Shown here: in pieces, positions 12,965 through 26,106 of the stretch
Layout of the letters: every line of letters begins with the position of its first letter
Position numbering within the stretch: the stretch's first letter is position 1
Notes under the pieces: model-generated
What the model saw: only the letters and a program-made list of their open reading frames with translations
Told to the model about the DNA's origin: nothing
Databases searched by the model: none
NCBI GenBank assembly: GCA_002104945.1
Contig: MCFH01000086.1
Coordinates: 1-64,000 of the forward strand
DNA length: 64,000 bases
Source: Piromyces finnis finn
Taxonomy: Eukaryota > Fungi > Neocallimastigomycota
Direction of reading: 5' to 3'
Position numbers and translations under genes: made by a program

Positions 12965-15900
12965 GCTATTTTACTTTTTTTTTTTTTTATTTAGATCTTT
13001 CTTAAATTCAATTAGAAATTATAAAAATGATGGTGGTGGTAATGATAAAAAAGATAATAATTAAATACTAAAATATTATTTAAAATTAAAATTTAAAATT
13101 TAGAAATATAATAATTATAACAAAATAAAAAATAATAAATTATAATAATAATAATAATAATAAGAATAAGAATAAGAATAATAATAATAATAATAATTAG
13201 AAATAAATATATGAATAATAAAAATACTTAAAATATATTTATATTAATATAATTATCTTTTTTAAAATAATAAATAAATAAAATACTTTTTAAAAACATA
13301 TTAATTATATATATTATGTTATTTATTGAATCATTGTTAAAGATTAAAGAATAAAGATTTTATATATGTATATTTTAAAAGAACAATTAATAATGAAATT
13401 AATAGAACCTTCTGAAGCTTAGAACTGTATTAATTTTTATTCTTATATATAATATTTTAAAATTCCAATATAGATTCTAGTTTGACTAAATCATTTAGAA
13501 TTTGGAAAATGAAATAATATAATATAGGTATTAGTTAAATTTTTTTATTGGATAAAACGTAAAATGTAGAACGTAAACAAAATGTAGATGCCAGATTAGT
13601 TTGATCTACTTTTTTTCTTTGCTAAAATGAAGAGTTTAATGCAAAGGATTACCAAAACAAAGAAATTATAAAATCACTTACATCATCTATGTATTATTTA
13701 GTTGTCCTATTTTTATTTATTATTATTTACAAACTGCAATTTTTTTAATCCCTATGTAAACTATAAAATATATAATATTAAAATAAGATTATAAGATATA
13801 CTCTAATTTATATTTAATTACATCCTAATTTGTATTAAGTATATATTTTTAAAAGTTAAAGAAAAATGAATACTTTAATTTTAGGCTTAACATTATTTAA
13901 TACACATAAAACTATAAGTTATTTAATTTATATTTAAATATTAATAGAAAATAATTAAAAATAGAAAATATGTAGTTAAATTGAAATATAACTTTATAAT
14001 AATGAATAATATAAGTTAATAAAATAATATAGATAAAAATAATTTATCTAATTTAGCAACTCAATATGTATTATATATTTTAAAAAATTATTACTTTTTC
14101 TTATTTTTTAGGTGTAATATCACATTGTCTTTTTTTTTTTTATTTACTTTTTTGTAATATGATATATCTTGTAATTAATCTTGTACAATCAATTTATTCA
14201 ATATGTTTTTATTATAGCAACATAATACTGATATATTAATAATCTATACATTTAAATTATAGAATCTTCATGTAAAATCCATTAAATAAAAGCAAATAAA
14301 AAAAAAATTTATTAATTATATAATTAAAAATTTAATTATGAATAGTTAATTAAAAACTATTATAATTAATTTTTATATTTAATAAATTAAATTATATTGT
14401 TATTAAATTATTAATATATATGAAATTTTTGAATTATTCTTTTAATTAGTTAATATAACTTAAAAAAGTTTATTAAAATTATATTCAATTTAATTATAAT
14501 AATAATATAATAATAATCATTTATTTCTTTTTTTATATCTCAATATATTATATATATTAATGCTAGTAATAAATGATATGACTGTTTTTTAAAGGTTAAT
14601 AATATGCGATTTATAAAATATTATTATATAATAAATGGTTTAGCGATTTTCTTAATGTTTTTTTTAATAATATTAATTGTTGGGAAAATATTATGACTTC
14701 TACTATATTGTAACTTAACATTTAGAGCTTAAAATTCTATATGAATGCATATATAACAAACAATTATTCAAATTTATTTAAGAAAATGTTATTTTTCTTG
14801 AGTTTATTAATATAATTTGAATTATTCAAAATTATATATAATTATTTAAATTTTTATTTTATATAATATTGAAAATAAACGTTTTTTTTTAAAAAAATAT
14901 TTTCAAGTTTTATTTTTTCTGGAATATAGTTTATTTTATTTTTCATTTATCATATGATAGATAAAATATCATTTCCACAAAATAAACACAAATGAAAATA
15001 ATAAAATATAGGATCAGTAGTAAAATAAGAAGATTATTATTTTTTTTTATATTTATTTTTCGTATTGATGCATTATTATGCCATTTTTTTTTGTTGGTAT
15101 AAACCTCTTTTTTTATCATAAAAACAAGTATAAAAAATTGAATTCTATTAATAATTAATCTAAATAACTTAAGTATTATTTAACCTTTTTTTTATTTCTC
15201 TAATTCAAAAGACATACAAAAAAACTACAAAATTAAAGGTTATATAATAAAAATATAACATTTTTATTTTATTGTACCGTAATTATAAACAAGCTTTTAT
15301 TAATATTATAATTTTCTAGGTAATATACAATAATAAGTACAAATTTTAAAACTATACAACAATTAAATAATACTCTAATATATTATTTTTAATGTTTATA
15401 AAGACTTAAATAATATAATTTATATAATATTAATAATATTATTAATATATCCTAATCATTACCATCATTAAATTATAATTTATTCCAATACTTTAAAAAC
15501 ACACAAATTATATAAAAATAAATATTTTATATTACTGTATAATAATGAATATTCAATAATATATTATTTCATTATTTCAGTTATATAATGTAATAGTAAT
15601 TCTTAACATTTAGTATATATTAATGTTGTATACGATTAATTGACTTCTATACAAATCATTTATTTAATAAATTTTATTATATTAATAAAAAAAAAAAGCC
15701 TTAAAGGTTTGGTGTTAATTTCTATATCAGGAAGTTTTATAAATTAACTTGTTTTCTATTTAATTAAATTTATATTAATAATATGAGAAAATATATTAAA
15801 ATATATAATTATATATTATTTAATATATTATTTTGTATAGTTTTGTAACAACAATAAAACATGATGTATAATCCATAATGTAATAATTATTAATTAATTC

Positions 15901-18521
15901 ATTACAGAATTTTTTGAAAGGATTATTATAATTATATAATGAAAAAACACAAATGTTTATTTTTTTTATAATGGTAATAATATAATAGTGTTAAAGAAAA
16001 AAAAAGGATAAATAGTAATTTACAAAAGTTATTGCAAAAAAATCTTTTGTGGTATAATACTTTTTTTTTTTAAAAAAAAGAAAGAATTATATTGTAAATA
16101 ATCACATCATTTTTTGGGGGTTATACATCTTTTGTTATCCTAACAAAATTATTCTTTATTATTCATTAGGTTAATTCACCAAAAAATAAATAAATAAAAA
16201 AGTTTACTATTAGAGAATGCATATTTTATATACTTTTTTTTATTTTATGCTTATATATTACATTACTTTAAAAATTATTTCACAAATGTTAATAATACTT
16301 TATTTTTGTTAATTACATATTAAAAAACACTTAAAAATAAACTAATTTTTCAAAGATAATGCTGTTTTTAACATTTCTTTTGTTTATGTTATTTTTATAT
16401 ACATATTATTTTTATGGAATTATCAAGACTTTTAGTAAATTGTTTCATGTATAATATTTTACTAATTTGTTGATTTGTCAAATAATCGAACTAATATAAT
16501 AAAATTAAACAATTCCTTTTTTCGGTATTTTTGTGTCAATCTTAATATAAAATTTTATAAAAGAAGAAAACCATAACCCTTGCTTTATTATTCCAAGCCT
16601 TTTTTATATAAATTAACTTGTGAATATAATATAAATAAATGGGTAACATATTAATAAATGCAAAATAAATATATTCTATTATTAGCAGCAAAAAATATAA
16701 ATAATTGTAGAAACTATATAAAATAAAACTTTAAGTTTAGTTATTAATAATATATATATTTTTTAAAGATAAGATATAAAAAAAAATTATAATTAGCATT
16801 ATAAATTAACATTAAATTGTTAATAACAATATTTGCTTATTTAAAATAAACTATAATTAACACAAATTATTATTTGTTTATAATAACATTTAAGTTATTA
16901 ATCTTTTTTTTTTTTTTGTTATTTTATTAATAATAATTCATTAATTCATAAGTTTTTATTTATTATTAATTAAAAGGTATATATTTTTTTACATAGATAT
17001 TAAAATTAGAGTTACTAATAATTATCAGCATATTATATTTTAATAATGACTAATAATTAATAATTATATTTATATTTTTCATCTTTAGAGTTTAATTATT
17101 TATAATAAGAATTTTAACTTAATTCTGTTATAATTGTCATTATACTTTTTATAATTAACTATATTACTGTTAAAGTTTTCTTAGTTTTATGTCCGATAAT
17201 AACAAAAAAGTAATATCATAATAAACTTTTTTAAGGTTTCCATTTATTTCAATTTAAAACTACTAAAAATATTTAATTGTTTTTTATATAATATTATTTA
17301 TTAATATTTCTAACACTCTCTTTAATTAGAATTGTTAATTAAATATTTTTAATAATACCCATATAAATGTTTTTTATATAATAAATTAAGTTTTATTTTA
17401 TTAATTTATTTTTGTTAATTATTCTTATTTTCATATCTTTCATCTAAAAATATACTTTCAGTTATTATATTATTATTATTATTATAATTATTTTAACTAT
17501 GAATACGTTTTTTTTTTAACTAGCTATTATGTTTTTGTTGTTCTATTTTATAATATACAAAAGATTTTTTTTTTTATTAAAGTTGTTTATTGGAAGGCAT
17601 AATTGTTTCTTTTTTTATAATTAATAACCTAATTGCATTATATTAGTAATATATGTTATTTATCACACCAATATATTATATAATATGTTATTTTATTATA
17701 ATTATTAATGTATTATGTTTTAAATATATTTACATACTGTTTTTTTATTACTTTAAAATATATTATAGTATATTTAATTTAAATGTAGAAATATTATTAT
17801 TTATTAAAAATGGTTATTCCATATAACATATAAATATTCATATATTAAAGTATAATGATACATATATTATGATATGTGTATTATTTAATTATAAGATATG
17901 ATAATTAATTTAATTATAGATAAATCAAATTAAATTTAAGAATATTTAAATTTATATAAATTATTTAATAATATAATTAAAATTTGTTTATTATAGTTAA
18001 AAACAGTTATATATATAGTTAAACTATTTAAATTAAATTTTAATATTATGTTTAATTTAGTTTAAATAAAATATATTTATATATTATTTAATTACATTTA
18101 TTTTTATTAATTTCTTTTTATATATATTATATTATATTTATAGTATTTAAAGTATTTAAATAAAAATAAAATTAAATTTATTAACTTTTTAGGGTCATGT
18201 TTTTTAGGGTGTTTTTTTAATTTCTCGATTATTTTTAGCGTTAATATTTTTTTTAGACCCCTTTTTCAATTTTTTTATAATTTTCCTATATCAACAATCT
18301 TAAAAACAACCCTAGTTTAGTATCGAATATCATCTAAACTCCAAATTCGTATAAAAAGGCCTAAATGGTCCATTCTAGTTGTAGATTATCGAAAATTCAA
18401 ATAATAATTTTTATTTGATTTTAGTACAAAAAAAAATATTTATTATTTTTTGTTTTAGTAAATAGAACAAAACAACCTCTTTTAAAAACTTTTTCTTTTA
18501 AAAAAAACTTAATTATTAATC

Positions 18522-19931
<1,410 letters not shown>

Positions 19932-20413
19932 GCTGCTTAAATCTTTTGTAAAGATACCAAAATTTATAAAAATATTATTCTTTTTTGATATAATGAAAGG
20001 GAAAATTTAATATATGAAAAGAAAATAATATGAAGCAATAATAATAATAGCAAAACATGAAAAAATAATTAATTTTTGAACAAATGAAAATAATTAAAAA
20101 AAAAAAAAACAAATAACAAATAAAATACCAAAAAAAAGGAAAATAAACAAAAATAGTAAAAAAAATATTAAAAAGAAGTAAAAAAAAGTAAAAAAAAATA
20201 AAAAGTAAGAGTTTTTAATTAATAAAAAATAAAAAATAATAAATAAAAAATATAATAAAAAAAAATACAGAAAGAAGTGTTTAGATAAATTTTGTGTATT
20301 TATTTTTTTAATATTGAAGTATATTATTTTTTATTAAATTTATTTAATAATTATTAGTAATAATATAGAAGGTAGTAACAATAGTGAAAATGGTAATTTT
20401 AATTTAAATAAAT

Positions 20414-20443
20414 ATATAGTTATTTTGTGCTCATTCAAGAAGA
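20414..20443 (+). mobile_element. Older diverged RT-core fragment, left half (continues at 26721-26868)
   Basis: atatagttattttgtgctcattcaagaaga aligns to element atatagttatttgtgctccaacaagagga (DIVICAPTRG, just after FADD). It resumes after the poly(A) at 26721 as tcattcaagaagatgcttaaaaaagatgtttagg. Confidence 0.8.
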
Positions 20444-20543
20444 ATAACAATAATAGAAATAATAATATTAGTAATGATAGCAATAGTGAAGATAATAATT
20501 CTAATTTAGATAGTAATTTAGTTAATGATAGTAATAGTTCTAG

Positions 20544-20665
20544 CCCTCTTGGAAACGTGCCTTCATTTATTTAATAAATGTAGTTTCTCAAGGGGGTCTA
20601 CTCATGCTCATGGTACTGAGAGAGTAGGAAGAATTAAATCCAAGCATTGCGCAATGGATGCTTGG
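20544..20665 (+). repeat. 124-bp 5' UTR monomer (single in copy A, tandem at 27093-27340, partial plus full at 56473-56660)
   Basis: Unit ccctctt..ggaacgtgcc...gcaatggatgcttggtg. The period of 124 was measured between 27093 and 27217. Confidence 0.85.
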
Positions 20666-21307
20666 TTAGTCTTTAAGGGAAAATTATTAGGACTAAGCTC
20701 ATGGTACTGAGCGATTAAAAAACATTTATCCATCGAATTTAAGTATTTGATGAATAAGTTGAATGTTTGATATTCAGGTAAGTTTGTATAGTATTTAATT
20801 AGAAGAGTAATACATTTTGTTGCTGTATTTTTTCTTTTATTCATGTATTCATGTAGTACTACTCTTCTCTTGTAAGAATCCAATGTAGTCAACTTTAGCA
20901 TTTGCATTGTATTTTTATATTCATGTAGCTATTGTTGTATTGTTTCTTGTAAGAGACTGATTCACTCTACATCATGTAAAAATACTATTCACAAGCTTTC
21001 TGGTGTCGACATTCTTGATTCAAATTTTTTACCAATTTAAATATTTAATGAAAAGTAAGTCAAACAAGTTTAGTGTCAAAAAGCGAATCGAATTTACTAA
21101 CAACAAACCAAAACTAGAATTTTTAAAGAAAATTTACAACTAGAATTCAAAAAAAGAAACTTTAAACAAAGCATCGTAACAATTTTTGTACTATCCAGTA
21201 CTTTTAAGAAGAGAGAGAGAGACAGATTTTTTTTCCATATACGTTATATTTATAATTTTTATTAGTATTTATTTTATATTCAATATTTTTAATTAGAATT
21301 TATTATC

Positions 21308-24300
21308 ATGTCAGTCCTTTATATTAAAGACAAGAATTATATCAGACGTGGTACCCGGTCTTATGGTATCCCCTTAGATGATATTCGCTCCTTCTTTATC
21401 CGTGGTATTCGATCATGGTCAGTAAATATGCTATGGGAAAAACTCGAGGTTATTCTAGAAGATAAATTTAATTCAGTTATTAGTGTTAAATATTTTCAGA
21501 CTTTCAATGATCACTTTTTCTTAGTCAAGGTTCATGGTTCATCGAAAGATTGTATTAAAATCTTACACATGTTAAAGAAGAAACTTTCAGTTACCTCAAT
21601 TTCCTTTTCAGCTCGTAGTAGAAGGAATCACAAATACACTTTTTCCACTCTCAAACGTAAAATTTTAGTTTCTAATAAACATCAACATTCTATTCAACAA
21701 TCATTTCAACAATCAGTTCAACAATCTCATCAACAATCCGATCTTCAACTAGATCTTCAACAAGATCTTCAACAAGTTTCCAATCATGAAAATATTCCAG
21801 ATCTACAGCAAACACAATTTCAATCTCAACATTCAACAATTAATTCTAATAGCTCTATCAACTCTGATAACAGTTCAATAGTTGATAGTTCTTCAGTTTC
21901 ACAGCCATCTAGTAATAGTTCTACTTATTCCTCTGATGCATCATCCATTAATAACGATGACTTTAATAATAATAATAATAGCAACGATTCTTCCTCATCC
22001 AACAAGCCTGATAACTTTTCTTTTTGTCTTAGTTGGAACACCAATGGGTGGAATCACGAAAAGAGAGATAGTATTAGCTATTTCACAGCTATTTTCAAAC
22101 CATTATTTTTATGTTTCCAAGAAACTGGTAATGGTTCTGGATCGAATACAGATTATCCTTGTCGTGTTACTTTGCGAAACTATAGACACTTTTTCAAGAA
22201 AGCTGACGAATCAGTTCCGGGAATGAGAGGTTTATATTTAGGTTTTCACAATTCATGTCAAGCCTCACTTGAAAACTTCTCTGGAAAGTATATTATTTCT
22301 ATTTATACTTTTAGTCTCTGGAATAGATTCAAATGCTCGATTGGTAATGTTTATATGCCTCATAGTCATCACAACATCTATGTTGATCATGCAAAGTTAG
22401 AAGTTCGCTTGTGGTTACAAACTCATTCATCCCATCCATCGATTCTTGTTGGTGATTTTAATATGTCTAAAGTAAAATTATCCAACTGGTTATCAACTAA
22501 TGGATTAGGAGATTGGGAAATTCTTCCGCTTAGAGGGTCTACTATCTCTTGGACTCGAGGTGATCAATCTTCCGACATTGACCATGCTCTTATCAATTCG
22601 AAGATGAAAGATCTTATTCACTCAGGATCATTTATAAATAATTTTTATCCTGTATCAGACCATAAGCCACTTCTTATTAATGGTAAAATTATTCCTATGG
22701 AAGATTTTTCTAATGACTTTAATGTTCCTAAGAAAATTCTGAAATGGAATAGATTAAAATGTATTGAGGAAAAGGAATCTATTCTCAGTCATAATAAATT
22801 CCAAATACTTTCAGCTAAATCCAACGATCCTAATGTTTCTACAGATGAACTTTCCAAAGAGTTTACTTCAACTGCTTTTTCAATTGCAGACGAGCTCAGT
22901 ATTACTTCAGCAAATAATGTTATAAAGTCTTCATTTCATATTTCACAACAAATTTTTAATCTTCAAAAAATCAAAATGAAGTTGTATAAGAGATTTAAAA
23001 AAGAAAGAATTTATGATATAGATGAATTTATTAAAAGAATTAAAATCTACCGTAAACTCATTGATTACATCCACAAAAGATGTAATGAATTTAGGAAGCA
23101 AGAATATCTTCATTGGATTAAAACAGGATGTGAGTATATGAAGAGTCATAATCCTAAGAAGGCCTGGAAATGGATCAAGAAAACTGCAAAAATTGGAAAA
23201 GATTCTTTCTTTATTGCTCAACCAATTAAAAATAAAAATGGAGAATTAGTTGTTGCTACGGAAGAACAACTAGATGTGTGGCATGATCATTTCGAAAAGC
23301 TTGCATCAGATCCAAGTGGTGTAAGTCTTGATTTAGAGCATTGGTATGAAGAACCAATGAATAAACGTTTTTCACTTCCTATGCTTGATGAATGGGATAT
23401 CAACCAAGATATTAGTATTGATGAAGTCAAGTCAGCTATCCTCACTACTCCAAATTATAAAGCATCAGGTCCGGATGGTATTCCAATTGAATTTTACAAA
23501 GCATTAGTTCCATCAAGTAATGATTCTAATAATGCTACAGATAATAATTCTTCTGGTAATACTACTTCAGATAATGATGCTCATGGTTTAAATTTTATTC
23601 TTAAATTATTCAACCGTATTTGGGATGGAGATTTCCCCAACTCATGGAATGAATCCAGTATTGTTTCTATTCCTAAGAAGGGAGATTTGACAGATTGTGA
23701 TAACTATCGAGGTATATCACTTATCAATAATGGTATTAAGTTGATTTCCAAAATTGTCACCACTAGAATCTCAGAATATGGTTTAAAGAATAATTTCATT
23801 AGACCTGAACAATTTGGTTTTCGAAAAAAGGAAGAAAGTATTAGTCTTTTCATTTCAATCCAAGAAATATGCCGTAGACGTCAATTAGATAATAAAGAGA
23901 CATATTTGGCCTTTTTAGATCTCAGGAAAGCATACGATTCAGTCCCAATCGGTAATATTCTCCATAAATTAGATTGTTTAGGAATCCGAGGTAAGAGTTT
24001 ACAATTCATCAAAAATTTATATTTAACATCTAAGGCTAATGTCAAATTAGATGGACAATTCTCGAAATCTTTTGATGTGAAGAAAGGAGTCCGTCAAGGT
24101 TGCCCTCTTTCTCCTATTCTCTTTAATCTCTTTATTAATGATATATTTAGAGAGTGCGAAGATCTAGGAGTCAGTTTAGGTGACACTCGATGCTGTGGTG
24201 GACTTTTTGCAGATGATATAGTTATTTGTGCTCCAACAAGAGGATGCTTAAAAAAGATGCTTAGAAGAGTTAATGAATGGGCATTGTATAATGAAATGGA

Positions 24301-25831
24301 ATTTGGTATCCAGAAATGTTCAACGATGGTGATTCGTCCTGAATCAATAGAAAATCAGAACAAGAGAGATCCAACATTTTACTTAGCAGGACAACCCATT
24401 CCAACTACTGATTGTTATACTTATCTTGGTGTTCCATTTGATAAGAATTTGTCCCTTAAACCAGTAATTAAAGCTCTTAATAACAAGGTTTTGAAAGGGC
24501 TTTTCTCAGTCAGTAAATTCTTAAGAAATCCTAATATTCCTATTCCTTTCAAAAAACTAGTACTTAACTCACAAGTGATTAGCAGAGTTTCATACTTTGC
24601 ACCATTACTTGGATCCAACAAAGCTAGGTCTAGGATTGCTCAGAAGCATGTTAACAAAGGAATACGATGGGTTGCCGGAGTTCATAAAGCTGTATCGTTT
24701 ATATCTTTATACTCTATTTCAAAAGATTTGAATATTCCTCCATTGTCAGCCAAATGTGCGTTAGCTCAGGTTAGATGTTTTAACAAATGGAAAAACTCAA
24801 ATTGTATTATCTCACACCTTGTCAATTACATTCCTAAATTTAGAAAATACACGTGGTGCAAATCAAGTAGGACACTTGATAAAAAACTAAAGAAACATGG
24901 AGATGTTAAAGCAGTTAAAAACTTTTATTGGAAAGATCTCAAAGGGAATTCAATCAAAGCGCAATATTATGATGATAATAAATTTAGTGAAACTAAAGAT
25001 TTTATTAAATTATGTTATGAGTACCCAGAGTTTGCCTATGGCTTCTACTGGCTATTGAAAGCAAGAAGCGGATACAAGTTGGATGCTAGAGTTGCCAAAG
25101 CTGCTAAATTTGTTGATCCAGTTTGTCCTAACTACTGTCCATGTTGCAAGTGTGGAGATCAAAGTATTAAACATTGGTTATTAGATTGTCCAACATTTAG
25201 AGATATCCGTATTAAACATTATGATTCCATAGTCCAGCTATTAAATTTTTTCAGTCAACGTAATTCCAATAGTCCTATCAATAATAATGAAATTGATAAT
25301 ATCAGTAGAGATAGTAATAACATTAATAGTAATAGTAACAATAGTAATAGTAACAATAGTAATAGTAACAATAGTAATAGTAACAATAGTAATAATAACA
25401 ATAATAGAAATAATAATATTAGTAATGATAGCAATAGTGAAGATAATAATTCTAATTTAGATAGTAATTTAGTTAATGATAGTAATAGTTCTAATAATCC
25501 GGTGAATATTAATGTGTATGATTATTCTAGTGTGTGCAGTAAAATATTTAAATTCCTTCTTGGGGGAAGAAGTTTTAACAATATTAATTACAATTCAAGG
25601 GAATGGAAAGAACTTTGTAAGCGTCAGATTCAATCTGGTACTAATGAAGGAGCACCATTCTTGACGGTAACCGCGGAACTTCTAACCAAAATCATGCCTT
25701 TTGCTATTGGCCAGCAATGGTCAATGTTCAAAAGGTTTGAAGCAACATCCAAGAGCGTCAATGCTGAAGAAACAGTAAGACAGGCCAGGAGGGCCAGCGC
25801 AACCAATGGAGATCATAATTTTGTTCCATGA
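21308..25831 (+). CDS. Single-ORF polyprotein, 1507 aa: putative RRM, Q/S/N linker, AP endonuclease, reverse transcriptase, CCHC knuckle, Asn-rich tail
   Basis: APE motifs: SWNTNG, FQETG, VGDFN, SDIDHAL, VSDHKPL. RT motifs: KASGPDGIP, IPKKGD..DNYRGISL, EQFGFR, FLDLRKAYDSV, GVRQGCPLSPILFNLFI, LFADD, YTYLGV. C-terminal CPCCKCGDQSIKHWLLDC. No RNase H motif recognised. Confidence 0.95.
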   Translation: MSVLYIKDKNYIRRGTRSYGIPLDDIRSFFIRGIRSWSVNMLWEKLEVILEDKFNSVISVKYFQTFNDHFFLVKVHGSSKDCIKILHMLKKKLSVTSISFSARSRRNHKYTFSTLKRKILVSNKHQHSIQQSFQQSVQQSHQQSDLQLDLQQDLQQVSNHENIPDLQQTQFQSQHSTINSNSSINSDNSSIVDSSSVSQPSSNSSTYSSDASSINNDDFNNNNNSNDSSSSNKPDNFSFCLSWNTNGWNHEKRDSISYFTAIFKPLFLCFQETGNGSGSNTDYPCRVTLRNYRHFFKKADESVPGMRGLYLGFHNSCQASLENFSGKYIISIYTFSLWNRFKCSIGNVYMPHSHHNIYVDHAKLEVRLWLQTHSSHPSILVGDFNMSKVKLSNWLSTNGLGDWEILPLRGSTISWTRGDQSSDIDHALINSKMKDLIHSGSFINNFYPVSDHKPLLINGKIIPMEDFSNDFNVPKKILKWNRLKCIEEKESILSHNKFQILSAKSNDPNVSTDELSKEFTSTAFSIADELSITSANNVIKSSFHISQQIFNLQKIKMKLYKRFKKERIYDIDEFIKRIKIYRKLIDYIHKRCNEFRKQEYLHWIKTGCEYMKSHNPKKAWKWIKKTAKIGKDSFFIAQPIKNKNGELVVATEEQLDVWHDHFEKLASDPSGVSLDLEHWYEEPMNKRFSLPMLDEWDINQDISIDEVKSAILTTPNYKASGPDGIPIEFYKALVPSSNDSNNATDNNSSGNTTSDNDAHGLNFILKLFNRIWDGDFPNSWNESSIVSIPKKGDLTDCDNYRGISLINNGIKLISKIVTTRISEYGLKNNFIRPEQFGFRKKEESISLFISIQEICRRRQLDNKETYLAFLDLRKAYDSVPIGNILHKLDCLGIRGKSLQFIKNLYLTSKANVKLDGQFSKSFDVKKGVRQGCPLSPILFNLFINDIFRECEDLGVSLGDTRCCGGLFADDIVICAPTRGCLKKMLRRVNEWALYNEMEFGIQKCSTMVIRPESIENQNKRDPTFYLAGQPIPTTDCYTYLGVPFDKNLSLKPVIKALNNKVLKGLFSVSKFLRNPNIPIPFKKLVLNSQVISRVSYFAPLLGSNKARSRIAQKHVNKGIRWVAGVHKAVSFISLYSISKDLNIPPLSAKCALAQVRCFNKWKNSNCIISHLVNYIPKFRKYTWCKSSRTLDKKLKKHGDVKAVKNFYWKDLKGNSIKAQYYDDNKFSETKDFIKLCYEYPEFAYGFYWLLKARSGYKLDARVAKAAKFVDPVCPNYCPCCKCGDQSIKHWLLDCPTFRDIRIKHYDSIVQLLNFFSQRNSNSPINNNEIDNISRDSNNINSNSNNSNSNNSNSNNSNSNNSNNNNNRNNNISNDSNSEDNNSNLDSNLVNDSNSSNNPVNINVYDYSSVCSKIFKFLLGGRSFNNINYNSREWKELCKRQIQSGTNEGAPFLTVTAELLTKIMPFAIGQQWSMFKRFEATSKSVNAEETVRQARRASATNGDHNFVP

Positions 25832-26066
25832 CAAAATTTTGATCTTTGGCTCGGTGTCCCATTGGAAGTCAAATACAATTATTATACTTTAGTATGATAG
25901 TGGCTTTCTTACTTTAATTAAAATTACTAGAATACATTATACCCAATTTTTATTCATTTGTGTTTATTTAAACATATTTTTTTTATTTTTATTTTATTTT
26001 AATTTTTATATTTCATGTATTATAATTTTAATTAAATTAATAATAAAGTTTAAAATATTTGATGCC

Positions 26067-26106
<40 letters not shown>

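Larger units (their letters stand above)
20543..26102 (+). mobile_element. Copy A: full-length non-LTR retrotransposon with intact ORF; TSD (A)GTAATAGTTCTA
   Basis: 5' end gccctcttggaaac, 765-nt 5' UTR, ORF 21308-25831, about 240-nt 3' UTR with AATAAA, poly(A) 26070-26102. AGTAATAGTTCTA lies at 20530-20542 and 26102-26114. Confidence 0.95.

Noticed and set aside
12965-18500. Long AT-rich region upstream of actin
   Set aside because: No ORF, RNA gene or repeat beyond short AAT/AATAAG runs and homopolymers could be supported.
20597-20632. ctgagagagtag(g/a)aa as a hammerhead core (CUGANGA...GAAA)
   Set aside because: The spacing does not fit CUGANGA and no three-way junction with an NUH site could be built. 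The HDV-type P1.1/L3/J4-2 motifs were not found either.
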